A stretch of 64,000 nucleotides of DNA from Allosphingosinicella sp. (GCA_036389015.1 DASVQS010000024.1:4296-68295), one strand, 5' to 3'; shown: positions 19,686 to 29,678, counted from the first letter of the stretch. Notes: generated from the letters alone by a model not told the origin. Translations and numbers: made by a program.

Positions 19686-20815
19686 ACGACAATCCCAGCA
19701 TCATCTGGACGGTCCTCAGCTTCCTGCTCGTCATCGGTCCGCTGATCTTCGTCCACGAGCTCGGCCATTATTTCGTCGGACGCTGGTTCGGAGTGAAGGC
19801 CGAGGTCTTCTCGATCGGCTTCGGCCGCGAGATCGCCGGCTGGACCGACGCTCGCGGTACGCGATGGAAGCTGGCCTGGCTCCCGCTCGGCGGCTACGTC
19901 AAGTTCGCCGGCGACATGAACCCCGCCGGCCAGGCCTCGCCGGAATGGCTTGCGCTTCCGGCGGAGGAGCGGGCGCAGACCTTCCAGGCGAAACCGGTCT
20001 GGCAGCGTTTCCTCGTCGTCCTGGCCGGCCCGATGACCAATTTCCTCGCCGCCATCCTGATCCTGACCGGCTTCAACATCGCCTATGGAGTCCCCGAGAC
20101 TCCCCCGGTGATCGGTACGTTCAGCGAGGATTCGACGGCGGCGGCGGCGGGGCTTCGGATCGGCGACCGCATCGTCAGCATCGACGGCAAGAGCATCGAC
20201 CGCTTCGAGGACGTCGTGCCGCTAGTCGCGCTCAAGATCGGCGGGCCACTGGCCCTAGAGATCGAGCGGGCGGGCCGCCGCTTCCGGCTCGACGTCAGCC
20301 CGCGGGTGGTGGTCGAGAAGGATCAGTTCGGCAACGAAAGCCGCCGTCCCATGCTCGGCATCGGGCCGGCCGAGCAGGTTCTGACGCCGGTGTCGCCGGT
20401 GGGCGCGGTCGCCGCCTCGGCGCAGCAATGCTGGCTCGTGGTGGCAACGACCGTGAAGGGGCTGGGGCAGATCGTCACCGGCCGCCGCTCGGTCAAGGAA
20501 ATGGGCGGGCCGCTCAAGATCGCCAAATTCTCGGGCGAGCAGGCGAGCATGGGGCCGCTCGCCTTCCTGTGGTTCATCGCCGTCATCTCAATTAATCTGG
20601 GATTCATCAACCTGTTGCCAATCCCGATGCTCGACGGGGGCCACCTGTTCTTCTACGGGATCGAGGCCGTCCGCCGGAAACCCTTGCGGCCGGAGGCACA
20701 GGAATGGGCGTTCAGGACCGGCTTGGCTGCCCTGCTGGCGCTCATGATCCTCGTCACCTTCAACGATTTGGCCTCTTTTGGCCTGTGGTCGAAGCTTGGC
20801 GGGTTGATCGACTGA
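19682..20815 (+). CDS. rseP: RIP zinc metalloprotease RseP
   Basis: In frame within ORF 18992..20815. TTG 19682 overlaps the dxr stop (TTGA). Has the HELGHYFVGR HExxH motif, a PDZ-like middle region and INLLPIPMLDGGH. Confidence 0.9.
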   Translation: MNDNPSIIWTVLSFLLVIGPLIFVHELGHYFVGRWFGVKAEVFSIGFGREIAGWTDARGTRWKLAWLPLGGYVKFAGDMNPAGQASPEWLALPAEERAQTFQAKPVWQRFLVVLAGPMTNFLAAILILTGFNIAYGVPETPPVIGTFSEDSTAAAAGLRIGDRIVSIDGKSIDRFEDVVPLVALKIGGPLALEIERAGRRFRLDVSPRVVVEKDQFGNESRRPMLGIGPAEQVLTPVSPVGAVAASAQQCWLVVATTVKGLGQIVTGRRSVKEMGGPLKIAKFSGEQASMGPLAFLWFIAVISINLGFINLLPIPMLDGGHLFFYGIEAVRRKPLRPEAQEWAFRTGLAALLALMILVTFNDLASFGLWSKLGGLID

Positions 20816-20894
20816 GCAGGATCGGGCAGGGCAGGGGCGACAGGGAAACAGGATGGCCGATCGTGCCGTCCGTTCAGTCTAAGGGCGGGGACGC

Positions 20895-23534
20895 GTGACA
20901 CCCAAAAATTCATTTACGAACGGCCGGCGGCTTTGCTCTGTCCTGCTCGTCGGCACCATCCTCGGCGGACTGGCGCTTCCCGCCCAGGCGCAGGTAGCGA
21001 CTCCGCTGCCTCCGGAGCCGGCGGCGCCGGTCGCCGCGGCGCCTCCCCCCGAAGCGTCGGTGGTCCGGTCGATCGCGGTGACCGGCAACCAGCGGCTCGA
21101 GGCGGAAACCGTGGTTTCCTACGTCAAGCTTCGCATCGGCGAGCCCTACGACCGGGAGCGGCTCGACGAGGCCCTGCGCGACCTTTACGGCACCGATCTC
21201 TTCGCCGACGTCGCGATCCGCGACAACCAGGGCAACCTCACCATCGAAGTGCGCGAGAGCCCGGTCGTCAACCGGATCGTCCTCGAGGGCAACAAGCGCC
21301 TCAAGTCGGACAAGATCACGCCCGAGATCCGGCTTTCGCCGAGGCAGATATTCAGCCGGGCCAAGGCCCGCGCCGACGTCGCCCGAATCATCGAGCTCTA
21401 TCGCCGCCAGGGGCGTTTCGCTGCCACCGTCGAGCCGAAGATCGTCCAGCTCGAGCAGAACCGGGTCGACGTCGTCTACGAGATCAACGAGGGACCGAAA
21501 TCCCGGATCCGGCAGATCAACATCCTCGGCAACGAGAAGTTCGGCGACGGCGAGCTTCGCGGCGAGATGGTCACCAAGCGCACCAGCATGCTGAGCTTCC
21601 TCGGCTCGGGCGACGTCTACGATCCCGACCGGCTGGCCTTCGATCAGCAGAAGCTCAGGATGTTCTACCTGACCAACGGCTATGCCGATTTCCGGGTCGT
21701 CTCGGCGGTGGCCGAGCTCACCCCCGACCGGCGCGACTTCATCATCACCTACGTCGTCGAGGAGGGCGAGCGCTACAAGTTCGGCGACGTCAAGGTCGAG
21801 AGCGCGATCCGCGACTTCAGCGGCGAGGCGCTGACCAAGGTGCTGCCGATGAAGAGCGGCGACTGGTACAACGCCAAGCTGGTCGAGGACACGATCACGT
21901 CGCTGAACGAGAGCGCCGGGCTGTTCGGCTACGCCTTCGCCGACGTTCAGCCCAACTACCAGCGCAACAAAGACAACCGGACGATGTCGTTGACGTTCAA
22001 CGTCGCCGAGACCCCGCGAGTCTATGTCGAGCGCATCGACGTCAGCGGCAACACCCTCACCCGCGACAAGGTGATCCGCCGCGAATTCCGCCTCGCCGAG
22101 GGCGATCCGTTCAATACCGTCCGTGTGAAAAGATCGCGCGACCGAATCCAGTCGCTCGGCTTCTTCCAGGAGAATCTGGAGATCGAGCAGACCCAGGGTT
22201 CCACCCAGGACCGGGTCATCCTGTCGACGGCGCTGGAGGAGAAGGCCACCGGCCAGCTCCAGATCTCCGCCGGTTTTTCGAGCCTCGAGCGTTTCCTGCT
22301 CAACCTCTCGATCGAGCAGCGCAACTTCCGCGGCATGGCCCAGACCCTGCGCGCGTCGGTCAATTATTCCAGCTATTCCAAGTCGGTCGAGCTGGGCTTC
22401 ACCGAGCCCTATGTGTTCGATCGCAACATCGCGCTCGGCTTCGACCTGTTCCGCCGCGATTATTCGAGCTTCAACTTCGTCAACAACAACCGCAACACCA
22501 CCTACAAGCAGGTGAGCACCGGCGGCCAGCTTCGCGGCGGCATGCCACTCACCGAATATATGCAGCTGGGTCTTCGCTACGGGCTCAACTTCGACGACGT
22601 CACGCTCGACAAGGCCAGCTTCTTCACCGACCCGGACGGGGCCGGGCCACTGCCCGCGGCCTGCGACCCGCTCAGGGTGGGCCGCTACCTGTGCGAGGCG
22701 GTCGGCAAGCGCACCACCTCGTCGATCGGCTATTCGCTGCTCTACGATTCGACCGACAACCGGCTGCGCCCGACACGTGGCCAGCGCCTCACCCTGAACC
22801 AGGATTTCGCCGGGCTCGGGGGCGACGTCAAATATCTGCGGACCCGCGCCAATGCCGCCAAATATTGGAACGTCGGCGGCGGCTTCATCTTCTCGGCCTC
22901 GGTCGAGGGCGGCTATATCCACAGCTTCGAGAAGAGTCCCGGCGTCGACCAGGATCCGGTCCGTCTCGTCGACCGTTTCTTCCTGGGAGAGCCGCAGATT
23001 CGCGGCTTCGACATTCGCGGCGTCGGACCGCGGGTGCAGCGCATCCCGTTCGACGCCGACGGCAAGCCGGTCACCGACCGCAAGCAGATCGTCGACGACG
23101 CGATCGGCGGCCGCGCTTATTATGTCGGCCGCGCCGAGCTCGAAATCCCGATGAGCTCCAGCATCCGCGAGATGGGCCTTCGGCCGTCGGTATTCGTCGA
23201 CGTCGGCGCGCTCTGGGGGATCAAGGATCCGCAGACCAATCCGGTCCTCCCCGGCGACCCGCTGACCATCGACCGCTGCTTCGATTCCACCGGCAACTCC
23301 ACCCCCCGTCCCGAGGGCGGCTCCTGCGCGGACGGCACTCAGCTCGTCCCGGGCGTGCAGCCCTTCAACGAGCGCTTTCTCGGCGACACCCCCAAGCCGC
23401 GTCTGTCGATCGGTTTCGGGGTCAACTGGAATTCGCCCTTCGGCCCGTTCAGGATCGATATAGCCAAGGCGCTGATAAGTGCCGAAGGGGATGACACCAA
23501 GCTGATCACTTTCAACGTAGGAACCGCATTCTGA
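20895..23534 (+). CDS. bamA: Outer membrane protein assembly factor BamA
   Basis: 879 aa with a signal peptide, POTRA repeats (SIAVTGNQRLEAETVVSYV...) and a C-terminal barrel ending ITFNVGTAF. Confidence 0.95.
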   Translation: MTPKNSFTNGRRLCSVLLVGTILGGLALPAQAQVATPLPPEPAAPVAAAPPPEASVVRSIAVTGNQRLEAETVVSYVKLRIGEPYDRERLDEALRDLYGTDLFADVAIRDNQGNLTIEVRESPVVNRIVLEGNKRLKSDKITPEIRLSPRQIFSRAKARADVARIIELYRRQGRFAATVEPKIVQLEQNRVDVVYEINEGPKSRIRQINILGNEKFGDGELRGEMVTKRTSMLSFLGSGDVYDPDRLAFDQQKLRMFYLTNGYADFRVVSAVAELTPDRRDFIITYVVEEGERYKFGDVKVESAIRDFSGEALTKVLPMKSGDWYNAKLVEDTITSLNESAGLFGYAFADVQPNYQRNKDNRTMSLTFNVAETPRVYVERIDVSGNTLTRDKVIRREFRLAEGDPFNTVRVKRSRDRIQSLGFFQENLEIEQTQGSTQDRVILSTALEEKATGQLQISAGFSSLERFLLNLSIEQRNFRGMAQTLRASVNYSSYSKSVELGFTEPYVFDRNIALGFDLFRRDYSSFNFVNNNRNTTYKQVSTGGQLRGGMPLTEYMQLGLRYGLNFDDVTLDKASFFTDPDGAGPLPAACDPLRVGRYLCEAVGKRTTSSIGYSLLYDSTDNRLRPTRGQRLTLNQDFAGLGGDVKYLRTRANAAKYWNVGGGFIFSASVEGGYIHSFEKSPGVDQDPVRLVDRFFLGEPQIRGFDIRGVGPRVQRIPFDADGKPVTDRKQIVDDAIGGRAYYVGRAELEIPMSSSIREMGLRPSVFVDVGALWGIKDPQTNPVLPGDPLTIDRCFDSTGNSTPRPEGGSCADGTQLVPGVQPFNERFLGDTPKPRLSIGFGVNWNSPFGPFRIDIAKALISAEGDDTKLITFNVGTAF

Positions 23535-24151
23535 TGAACAAACTCGCTTTCGGAGCGGCCCTGGCCGCCCTCTCGCTTGCGCTGCCGGGCGTCGCCCAGG
23601 CGCAGCGCACTCCCGGCGCCGTGATCGTCGTCGTCGATACCGACCGAGTCTATAGCGAATGCACGGCCTGCAAGGCGGCGCAGACCCAGCTCCAGGCATT
23701 GATCACCTCGGCTCAGCAGCGGGCCCAGACGCTCGGCCAGCCCATCCAGACCGAGATGCAGTCGCTGCAGCAGGCCGCTCAGGCCGCCCAGGCCCAGCAG
23801 GGCGCCGCCCGGACGGCGGCCGAGACTTCGCTTCAGACCCGCGCCCAGGCGCTCCAGACCCGGCAGAACACCGCCAACCAGGAGCTGCAGCGTCTCGAGC
23901 AGAACATCCAGTCGACCCGCGCCAACGTGCTTCGCCAGATCAACGCCCGGCTCAACCCGATCATCACCCAGGTGATGACCGCCCGCCAGGCCAATATCGC
24001 GCTCGACGTCAACGCGACCCTGGCCCGCGCGAACGCGCTCGACGTCACCAACGACGTCCTCACCGCGCTCAACGCGGCCTTGCCGTCGGTCAGCGTCACC
24101 CCGCTGCCGCAGGCGCAGCAGCCGGCGCAGCCGCAGCCCCAGGGCCGGTGA
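23534..24151 (+). CDS. OmpH/Skp-family periplasmic chaperone
   Basis: 205 aa with a signal peptide and a Gln/Ala-rich coiled-coil. Sits between bamA and fabZ. TGATG junction with bamA. Confidence 0.85.
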   Translation: MNKLAFGAALAALSLALPGVAQAQRTPGAVIVVVDTDRVYSECTACKAAQTQLQALITSAQQRAQTLGQPIQTEMQSLQQAAQAAQAQQGAARTAAETSLQTRAQALQTRQNTANQELQRLEQNIQSTRANVLRQINARLNPIITQVMTARQANIALDVNATLARANALDVTNDVLTALNAALPSVSVTPLPQAQQPAQPQPQGR

Positions 24152-24624
24152 GCTCCGAACCCGGCAACGCCGCCATCGGCCCGCTCGACATCAGGCGGGT
24201 GATGGCGGCGCTGCCGCATCGCTACCCCTTCCTGCTCATCGACCGGATCGAGGCGCTGGAGCCGAAGAAGCGGATCGTCGCGATCAAGGCGGTGACGATC
24301 AACGAGCCCTTCTTCCAGGGCCATTTCCCCGGCCGTCCGATCATGCCCGGAGTCCTGCTCGTCGAGGCGATGGCCCAGGCTTCGGGGGTGCTCGCCGTCG
24401 AATCCCTCGGCCTCGCCGGCACCGGCAAGCTCGTCTATTTCATGGCGATCGACAGCGCCAAGTTCCGCCGTCCGGTCGAGCCGGGAGTGCTGCTCAGGAT
24501 CGAGGTCGAGCTCGTCCAGGACCGCGGCAGCGTCTGCAAGTTCGCCGGCAAGGTGCTGATCGACGGCAAGGTCGCCGCCGAGACCAATTTCACGGCGATG
24601 ATCGCCGATCCTCCGGCCGACTGA
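24148..24624 (+). CDS. fabZ: 3-hydroxyacyl-ACP dehydratase FabZ
   Basis: In frame within ORF 23659..24624. GTG 24148 overlaps the skp stop (GTGA). Contains [13 protein letters not shown]...[27 protein letters not shown]. Confidence 0.93.
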   Translation: MSSEPGNAAIGPLDIRRVMAALPHRYPFLLIDRIEALEPKKRIVAIKAVTINEPFFQGHFPGRPIMPGVLLVEAMAQASGVLAVESLGLAGTGKLVYFMAIDSAKFRRPVEPGVLLRIEVELVQDRGSVCKFAGKVLIDGKVAAETNFTAMIADPPAD

Positions 24625-25345
24625 AATCCTCCCCATCTGGCGATGGGGAGGATAGAGGCCGCCAACGCCCGTCGATCCGCTTTATCCCGAACACTTGACC
24701 GAGCCGTGCCGAGTTGAGAACGGCCTCCGGCCCGCCGTCCAGGACGATCGCGCCCCCCTCCATGAGCACCAGGCGATCCGCGAAGCGTGCCGCCAGGTCG
24801 AGGTCGTGCATCGCCACCACGGCGGCCTGGCCGCCTTCGACGGCCGTGCGAAGGATATCCATCAGCCTGAGCTGCCAGAACGGATCGAGATTGGCGACCG
24901 GCTCGTCGAGCAGGAGCAGCCGCGGCCTCGGCGCCAGGGCCCTGGCGATCAGCACCCGGCTTCGCTCCCCGGTCGAGAGGCGGTCGACCCGGCGCCCGGC
25001 CCAGCGGTGGAGGTCGAGCTCGGTCATCGCCCGCTCCGCCTCCTCCTTGCCCGAGCCCAGCCGAACGAGGTCGAGCGCCGAAAGCGGCCAGGCGATGTCG
25101 CGCGAGGCGGGAAGATAGGAGAACAGCCGGCGACGCGCTGGGGGCGCGAGGTCTTCCGGCCGCAGTCCGTCGATCCGGACCTCGCCGGCGGGGCGGCCGA
25201 TCCGGGCGAGTGCGTGAAGAAGGCTGGTCTTGCCGCTGCCGTTGGGGCCGATCAGGCAGACCAGCTCGGGGTCCGCGACCGCGAAGTCGGTCGGTTCGAG
25301 CCTCCCGGTGAGGCTCGCGCCTCTGGCTTCGAGAAGCGCTGTCAC
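24590..25345 (-). CDS. btuD: ABC transporter ATP-binding protein (cobalamin / iron-complex type, BtuD/FecE-like)
   Basis: C-terminal part of ORF 24590..26182. GTG 25345 overlaps the permease stop (GTGA). Walker [12 protein letters not shown], signature LSTGERSRV, Walker B LLLLDEP. The last ~10 codons run through a short family-B hairpin and overlap the fabZ 3' end. Confidence 0.85.
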   Translation of the reverse strand: MTALLEARGASLTGRLEPTDFAVADPELVCLIGPNGSGKTSLLHALARIGRPAGEVRIDGLRPEDLAPPARRRLFSYLPASRDIAWPLSALDLVRLGSGKEEAERAMTELDLHRWAGRRVDRLSTGERSRVLIARALAPRPRLLLLDEPVANLDPFWQLRLMDILRTAVEGGQAAVVAMHDLDLAARFADRLVLMEGGAIVLDGGPEAVLNSARLGQVFGIKRIDGRWRPLSSPSPDGEDFSRPEDRRSSP

Positions 25346-26310
25346 CGGCTCATCCCCCAGCGCATGTGGCCGACCAGCCATAGGAAGAAGGGCGCGCCGA
25401 GGAGGGCGGTGACGACTCCGATGGGAAGCGTCCGTCCCAGCGGCGCGGTCCGGACGACGAGGTCCGCGGCGAGCAGCAGCAGTCCTCCGATCAGGCCGGC
25501 CGGGGCGATGGCGCGGCCGGGATGACCGCCGGTCAGCCGCCGGGCGAAGATCGGGGCGACCAGCCCGATGAATCCGATCGCCCCGCAGATCGCGACGCAG
25601 GCGCCGACCCCGAAGGCGGTGACGCAGACGATCTCGACCCTGAGCCGCCTGACGTCGTGGCCGAACGATTGCGCCACTTCCTCGCCCAGGGTGAGGCTGT
25701 CGAGCGGGCGCCGGAGCCGCAGCAGGAGCAGGATCGCGGCGAGGGCCGGCGCCGCCGCGAAGGCCGACTGCTCGAAGCTTCGGTCGACCAGCGAGCCCAT
25801 CAGCCATTCGTAGGCGTCGTAGAAAGCGAAGGGGGAGGGGGCCAAGGCGAGGGCGAGGGTGGTGAGCGCCCCGGCGAGAGCGCTGATCGCGAGGCCCGCG
25901 AGCAGCAGGGTCGCCGTCTCCGCCCGCGGCCCGGCCAGGGCGAGCAGCAGGAGCAGCGCTGCCAGCGCGCCTCCGACCGCGCCGAGAGCGAGAGCGAGCG
26001 GGGCCGAGAAGCCGAGAAGATAGGCCGTGACCACAGCCCCGAGCGCGGCGCCGCTGGTCGTCCCGGTCAGGTCGGGCGAAGCGAGCGGGTTGGCGAACAG
26101 CCCCTGGATCGCCGCTCCGGACGCTCCGAGCATCGCCCCGTAGGCCAGCGCGAGCAGCGCCCGCGGCAGCCGAAGCTCCCACAGCAGGGCGAGCGCAAGC
26201 GGCCTGTCCTGCCCGAGCAGGGCGGCGATCGGCGCCCAGGGAAGGGCGAGCGACAGAGCGAAGGCCAGAATAGCCGCCAGGGCCAGGAGCAGCAGGACCG
26301 GCCGGCTCAT
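25342..26310 (-). CDS. btuC: FecCD-family ABC permease (BtuC-like)
   Basis: Part of ORF 25342..26562. Start MSRPVLLLLALAAILAF at 26310, ATGA overlap with the binding-protein gene. Contains GAAIQGLFANPLASPDLTG. Confidence 0.88.
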   Translation of the reverse strand: MSRPVLLLLALAAILAFALSLALPWAPIAALLGQDRPLALALLWELRLPRALLALAYGAMLGASGAAIQGLFANPLASPDLTGTTSGAALGAVVTAYLLGFSAPLALALGAVGGALAALLLLLALAGPRAETATLLLAGLAISALAGALTTLALALAPSPFAFYDAYEWLMGSLVDRSFEQSAFAAAPALAAILLLLRLRRPLDSLTLGEEVAQSFGHDVRRLRVEIVCVTAFGVGACVAICGAIGFIGLVAPIFARRLTGGHPGRAIAPAGLIGGLLLLAADLVVRTAPLGRTLPIGVVTALLGAPFFLWLVGHMRWGMSR

Positions 26311-27083
26311 CGGCGAAGCCGCTCGATCTCGCCGACCAGGGCCGGGCCCATGCAGGTCCAGGGCCGGCCGTCGGTGACGATATTGCGGGCGCCTCGCGCC
26401 CGGCGCGCCAGCGGGTGGGAAAGCCACCTCTGCTCGCCCGAATATTGGCCCTGGCGATAATCGCTGCGCAGCAGCACCGCCGGAGGCCGGACGAGCAATT
26501 GCTCGAGCGACACCCGGTCGCCGCCGACGGCGCGCTGGCGAAAGCCCGCCAGTGCCATCCACTCGGCAGCGAGCCCGGCAGCGGCCACCGTCCGCCCTCC
26601 GCCGCCCAGCCAGATCGTGTCGGCGGCCGCGGCGGGCCGGGCCGCCTTCAGCCGGGCGATCCGGGCCAGAAGCGCAGCTCCGGCCGGGCCGCGGCCGAGC
26701 GCGGCCGAGACCGTTCGCACCCCCGCCTCGATGTCAGCCAGCGATTGCGGATAAGGGAGATCAAGGATCCGGATCCCGAGCCGGCCGGCGATCCGGCCGC
26801 GGTCGCGGGCACCGCCGCCCATCGTCAGCACCAGGTCCGGCCGAAGCCCGGCGACCGAGACCAGGCTGCCGTCGTTGCTCCGGTAGCGCCGGGCCGACTG
26901 CCACAGCCGGGTCTCCGCCGGCTGCTGGGCGAGATGGGTGACGGAGGCGATCTGCGCGGGGTCGCCGAGCATCAGCAGAAGCTCGTCGGTGCACAGGTTT
27001 AGGGACGCGACGCGACGCGGCGCGGCCTCGGCCGCGCCGGCGAGCGCGAGGCTAATCGCGAAAGCGAAAGCGAAGGCCCGCAT
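26307..27083 (-). CDS. btuF: Periplasmic substrate-binding protein of the cobalamin/iron-complex ABC system (BtuF-like)
   Basis: Part of ORF 26307..27212. Start MRAFAFAFAISLALAGAAEA (signal peptide) at 27083. Contains RVASLNLCTDELLLML. Overlaps the btuB 3' end by 32 nt. Confidence 0.75.
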   Translation of the reverse strand: MRAFAFAFAISLALAGAAEAAPRRVASLNLCTDELLLMLGDPAQIASVTHLAQQPAETRLWQSARRYRSNDGSLVSVAGLRPDLVLTMGGGARDRGRIAGRLGIRILDLPYPQSLADIEAGVRTVSAALGRGPAGAALLARIARLKAARPAAAADTIWLGGGGRTVAAAGLAAEWMALAGFRQRAVGGDRVSLEQLLVRPPAVLLRSDYRQGQYSGEQRWLSHPLARRARGARNIVTDGRPWTCMGPALVGEIERLRR

Positions 27084-28938
27084 AGGCCGTTCTCCCCGGG
27101 GTGCGGTAGCCGACCACGTCCTGGTAGCGCGAGTCGAAGGCGTTCTCGGCCCGGACATAGGCCTCGAGCGTCGGCGAGATTTGCCAGGCGAGGCGCGCCG
27201 ACGCCAGCACATAATCCCCCAGAGTCACCGCGCGCGCCGGCACGACGTCGAAATCCGTGTCGCCGCGCTCGCCGACATAGGCCAGCCCTGCGCCCCAGCG
27301 AACCGGTCCCAGCCGGCCCTCGCCGACGAGATTGAGGCTGTGCTTCGGTCGGCGCACCTCGCGCAGCTTGAGGCCGCCTGCCACCTGCCTTTCCTCCGCG
27401 TCGAGCAGGCTGTAGCTGAACTTGAGAAAGGTGTTCCGGCTCGGACGCCAGTCGGCTTCCAGCTCGACACCGCGGCGACGGCTGGTGCCGGTGGCATTGG
27501 CGGTGGTCGAGCGGAAGGTCGCCGGGTCGAAAACATCGACAATCTCGTCCCGGAGATCGGCGCTGAACAGGCTGAGCCCGACCGAGAGCTTGCCCGGATC
27601 GCCTCGCCGAACCCCCGCGTGCCAGCCCCTCGACCGTTCCGGACGAAGCGCCGGGTTGCCGGTGAACGAGTCCGGGAAAAAACCGTACAGATCGTAGAAG
27701 GTCGGCTGGGCGATGCCCGTGGAATATCCGGCGATCAGTCGCCAGCCCCCGGCCGGCCTGACGTTGGCGCCGGCATAGACGGTGGTCGCGTCGGCAAAGG
27801 CGCTGAACCGGTCGTGGCGAACCGCGACATCGGTGGTCACCGCTTCGCTCCACTCCGCCTCCCATTCCCCGATCAGCGCGGTGACCTCGCGCGAGCGGTC
27901 CTGGTCGGTGCCTCCGAAAAAGACCTGGTCGCGGGCCCGGAAATCCTCCTCCTGACGGTCGACGGCGGCGGTCAGGCGGTGACCGCCGAGCTCCTTCGAC
28001 ACCGTTGCCCCGACGGTGAGCCGCCGTCCGAAGGTGCTGTTGAGCGGCGCCCCCGCGAGCCGGTTGCGATTGGCGCTGTCGAGCAGGCTGGCGTCGAGCC
28101 TGGCGCTCCAGCCGCCACGGTCGATCTCCCCCCACAATCGGCCGGCGGCGATCCGGTTGCCGGTCTCGTCGAGAGTGTCGGCGCGGCGGAACGTGACCGG
28201 GTCGAGGCCGTCATACTCGCTCTCCGCGGCGATCCAGTGGCCGACGGCGCCGATGCTTATCCCGTCCGCCGGACGGAACAGGGCGTTGAAGCTGGCCGAC
28301 CGGTTTTCATAGCCGTCGCGCTCTCCGTCCGGGCCGGACGAGTCGATTCCCCGGCTCGCCTGCCAGCCCGCCGTCCCGCCCAGCTCGAGCTTGCCGGCCC
28401 GGCGCGAGGCGCGGAGCGAGCCCCGGCCGCTGTCCAGGCCCCCATATTCGGCAAGGGCGTCGACCCCGGCCTTGCCGTAGGCGGCGTTGGTATAGATAGC
28501 GACGACTCCGCCGATCGCCTCCGATCCCCAGAAAGCCGAATGAGGACCGCGGATGACGTCGATTCGGTCGACGGCGTCGACGGTCAGAAGCTCGAACCGG
28601 GCTTCGTTGCCGGCCGCGGGGTCGTTGAATCGGATTCCGTCGACGAACAGCAGGGTGTGATTGGCCTCTGCGCCGCGCAGTCGGACCTGGGTCTGGCTTC
28701 CGCGCGGGCCGGACACCGAAACCGACAGGCTCGGGGTCAGGCGAAGGATGTCGGTGACCATCGGCAGGCCGGACCCCGGACGATCCTGCTCCCTGTTGTC
28801 GAGCGTGATCACGGGGGTCGCCGACTCGGTGGTCTCCTCCGGTGCCTTGGAGCCGGTGACGACGATCGTCGAGTCTGACGCGGGCGGGGGCGTCGGGGGC
28901 GGGGAGGCCGCGGCGGCCAGGAACAGGACGAGAGTCAT
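27052..28938 (-). CDS. btuB: TonB-dependent vitamin B12 receptor BtuB
   Basis: Part of ORF 27052..29016. ATG 28938 has AAGGAGGAT upstream. TonB-box-like STIVVTGS. Plug motifs QVRLRGAEANHTLLFVDGIRFNDP. Sits directly downstream of a cobalamin riboswitch. The C-terminus reads ...GLRFRFRD, two residues past the usual terminal aromatic. Confidence 0.88.
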   Translation of the reverse strand: MTLVLFLAAAASPPPTPPPASDSTIVVTGSKAPEETTESATPVITLDNREQDRPGSGLPMVTDILRLTPSLSVSVSGPRGSQTQVRLRGAEANHTLLFVDGIRFNDPAAGNEARFELLTVDAVDRIDVIRGPHSAFWGSEAIGGVVAIYTNAAYGKAGVDALAEYGGLDSGRGSLRASRRAGKLELGGTAGWQASRGIDSSGPDGERDGYENRSASFNALFRPADGISIGAVGHWIAAESEYDGLDPVTFRRADTLDETGNRIAAGRLWGEIDRGGWSARLDASLLDSANRNRLAGAPLNSTFGRRLTVGATVSKELGGHRLTAAVDRQEEDFRARDQVFFGGTDQDRSREVTALIGEWEAEWSEAVTTDVAVRHDRFSAFADATTVYAGANVRPAGGWRLIAGYSTGIAQPTFYDLYGFFPDSFTGNPALRPERSRGWHAGVRRGDPGKLSVGLSLFSADLRDEIVDVFDPATFRSTTANATGTSRRRGVELEADWRPSRNTFLKFSYSLLDAEERQVAGGLKLREVRRPKHSLNLVGEGRLGPVRWGAGLAYVGERGDTDFDVVPARAVTLGDYVLASARLAWQISPTLEAYVRAENAFDSRYQDVVGYRTPGRTAYAGLRFRFRD

Positions 28939-28942
28939 TTCG

Positions 28943-29150
28943 GATCCTCCTTTGCAACGACACGAATGTCGTCTCGGAGGAACCGGGCGGCCGAGGCCGT
29001 ACCCGATGCCACGCACGAGCGGCTGGTCCCGGCCGGGTGCGGACGACGGCGGAGGCAGGTTCCTGACTCTCGGCTCGGGCCGATCACAGTTGCGGGCACA
29101 GCGCCGGATTTCCGCCGGCTTCCCTTTTCACCACTCCCCCGCCGCGTGTA
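28943..29150 (-). promoter_or_regulatory. Cobalamin (B12) riboswitch in the btuB leader
   Basis: Minus-strand read: GGTGAAAAGGGAAGCCGGCGGAAATCCGGCGCTGTGCCCGCAACTGTGA ... AGTCAGGAACCTGCC (B12 box at 29054..29068). A downstream GGTTCCTCC segment is complementary (8 of 9 nt) to the btuB RBS GGAGGATCC. Confidence 0.88.
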
Positions 29151-29290
29151 CGGCGTGAATGGCACCTTCGCTGGGCGCAGAACTAGGCGGCGGCGCCGCG
29201 CCTTGTCAAATTCGGCCCTATTGGCTACAGGGCCGCACGACCTTTCGCGAGGCTGGTCGGAACCAGCCACATCTCAAGGAAATCAGCGAC

Positions 29291-29521
29291 ATGAAGAACG
29301 GCGCCCATCCCGATTACCATATGATCAAGGTGCAGATGACCGACGGCACCACCTTCGACACCCGCTCCACCTGGGGAAAGGAGGGCGATACCCTGACCCT
29401 CGACATCGATCCCAAGGTCCACCCGGCCTGGACCGGCGGCCACGGCAAGATGGTCGATTCCGGCGGCCAGGTCGCCCGCTTCAACAAGCGCTTCGGCGGT
29501 CTGACCCTGGGCAAGAAATAG
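29291..29521 (+). CDS. rpmE: 50S ribosomal protein L31 (Cys-free form)
   Basis: Part of ORF 29159..29521. [50 protein letters not shown]... Confidence 0.93.
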   Translation: MKNGAHPDYHMIKVQMTDGTTFDTRSTWGKEGDTLTLDIDPKVHPAWTGGHGKMVDSGGQVARFNKRFGGLTLGKK

Positions 29522-29530
29522 CGGCACTTC

Positions 29531-29659
29531 AATTCCTCCCCTGCATGTGCAGGGGAGGGGGACCAGGCGCAGCCTGGTGGAGGGGCCTTGCCGACTCCGT
29601 AGAGCCCCTCCACCGCGCTTCGCGCGGTCCCCCTCCCCGAGAAATCTCGGGGAGGAATT
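29531..29659. repeat. Intergenic palindromic repeat, family B
   Basis: AATTCCTCCCCTGCATGTGCAGGGGAGGGGGACCAGGCGCAGCCTGGTGGAGGGGC ... GCCCCTCCACCGCGCTTCGCGCGGTCCCCCTCCCCGAGAAATCTCGGGGAGGAATT. Same core as the element at 53559..53723. Confidence 0.85.
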
Positions 29660-29678
29660 ATTTGCATCAAGGTCGGCG

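Noticed and set aside
20910-23699. 929-aa ORF on the minus strand across the whole of bamA
   Set aside because: It is antisense to a gene with unmistakable BamA motifs. Its product is Arg/Gly/Ala/Pro low-complexity with no motif. This is the typical shadow ORF of GC-rich DNA. The same applies to 1219..2568, 2827..4371, 4516..6945, 9295..10860, 30364..32514, 33183..35240, 44145..45311 and 55802..58420.
29291-29521. Cys-free L31 considered as a zinc-independent paralogue (Zur-regulated ribosomal switch)
   Set aside because: The Cys-free form is, as far as I recall, the normal single-copy L31 in many Alphaproteobacteria. I recognise no Zur-box-like palindrome upstream. The upstream DNA is occupied by the divergent btuB riboswitch.
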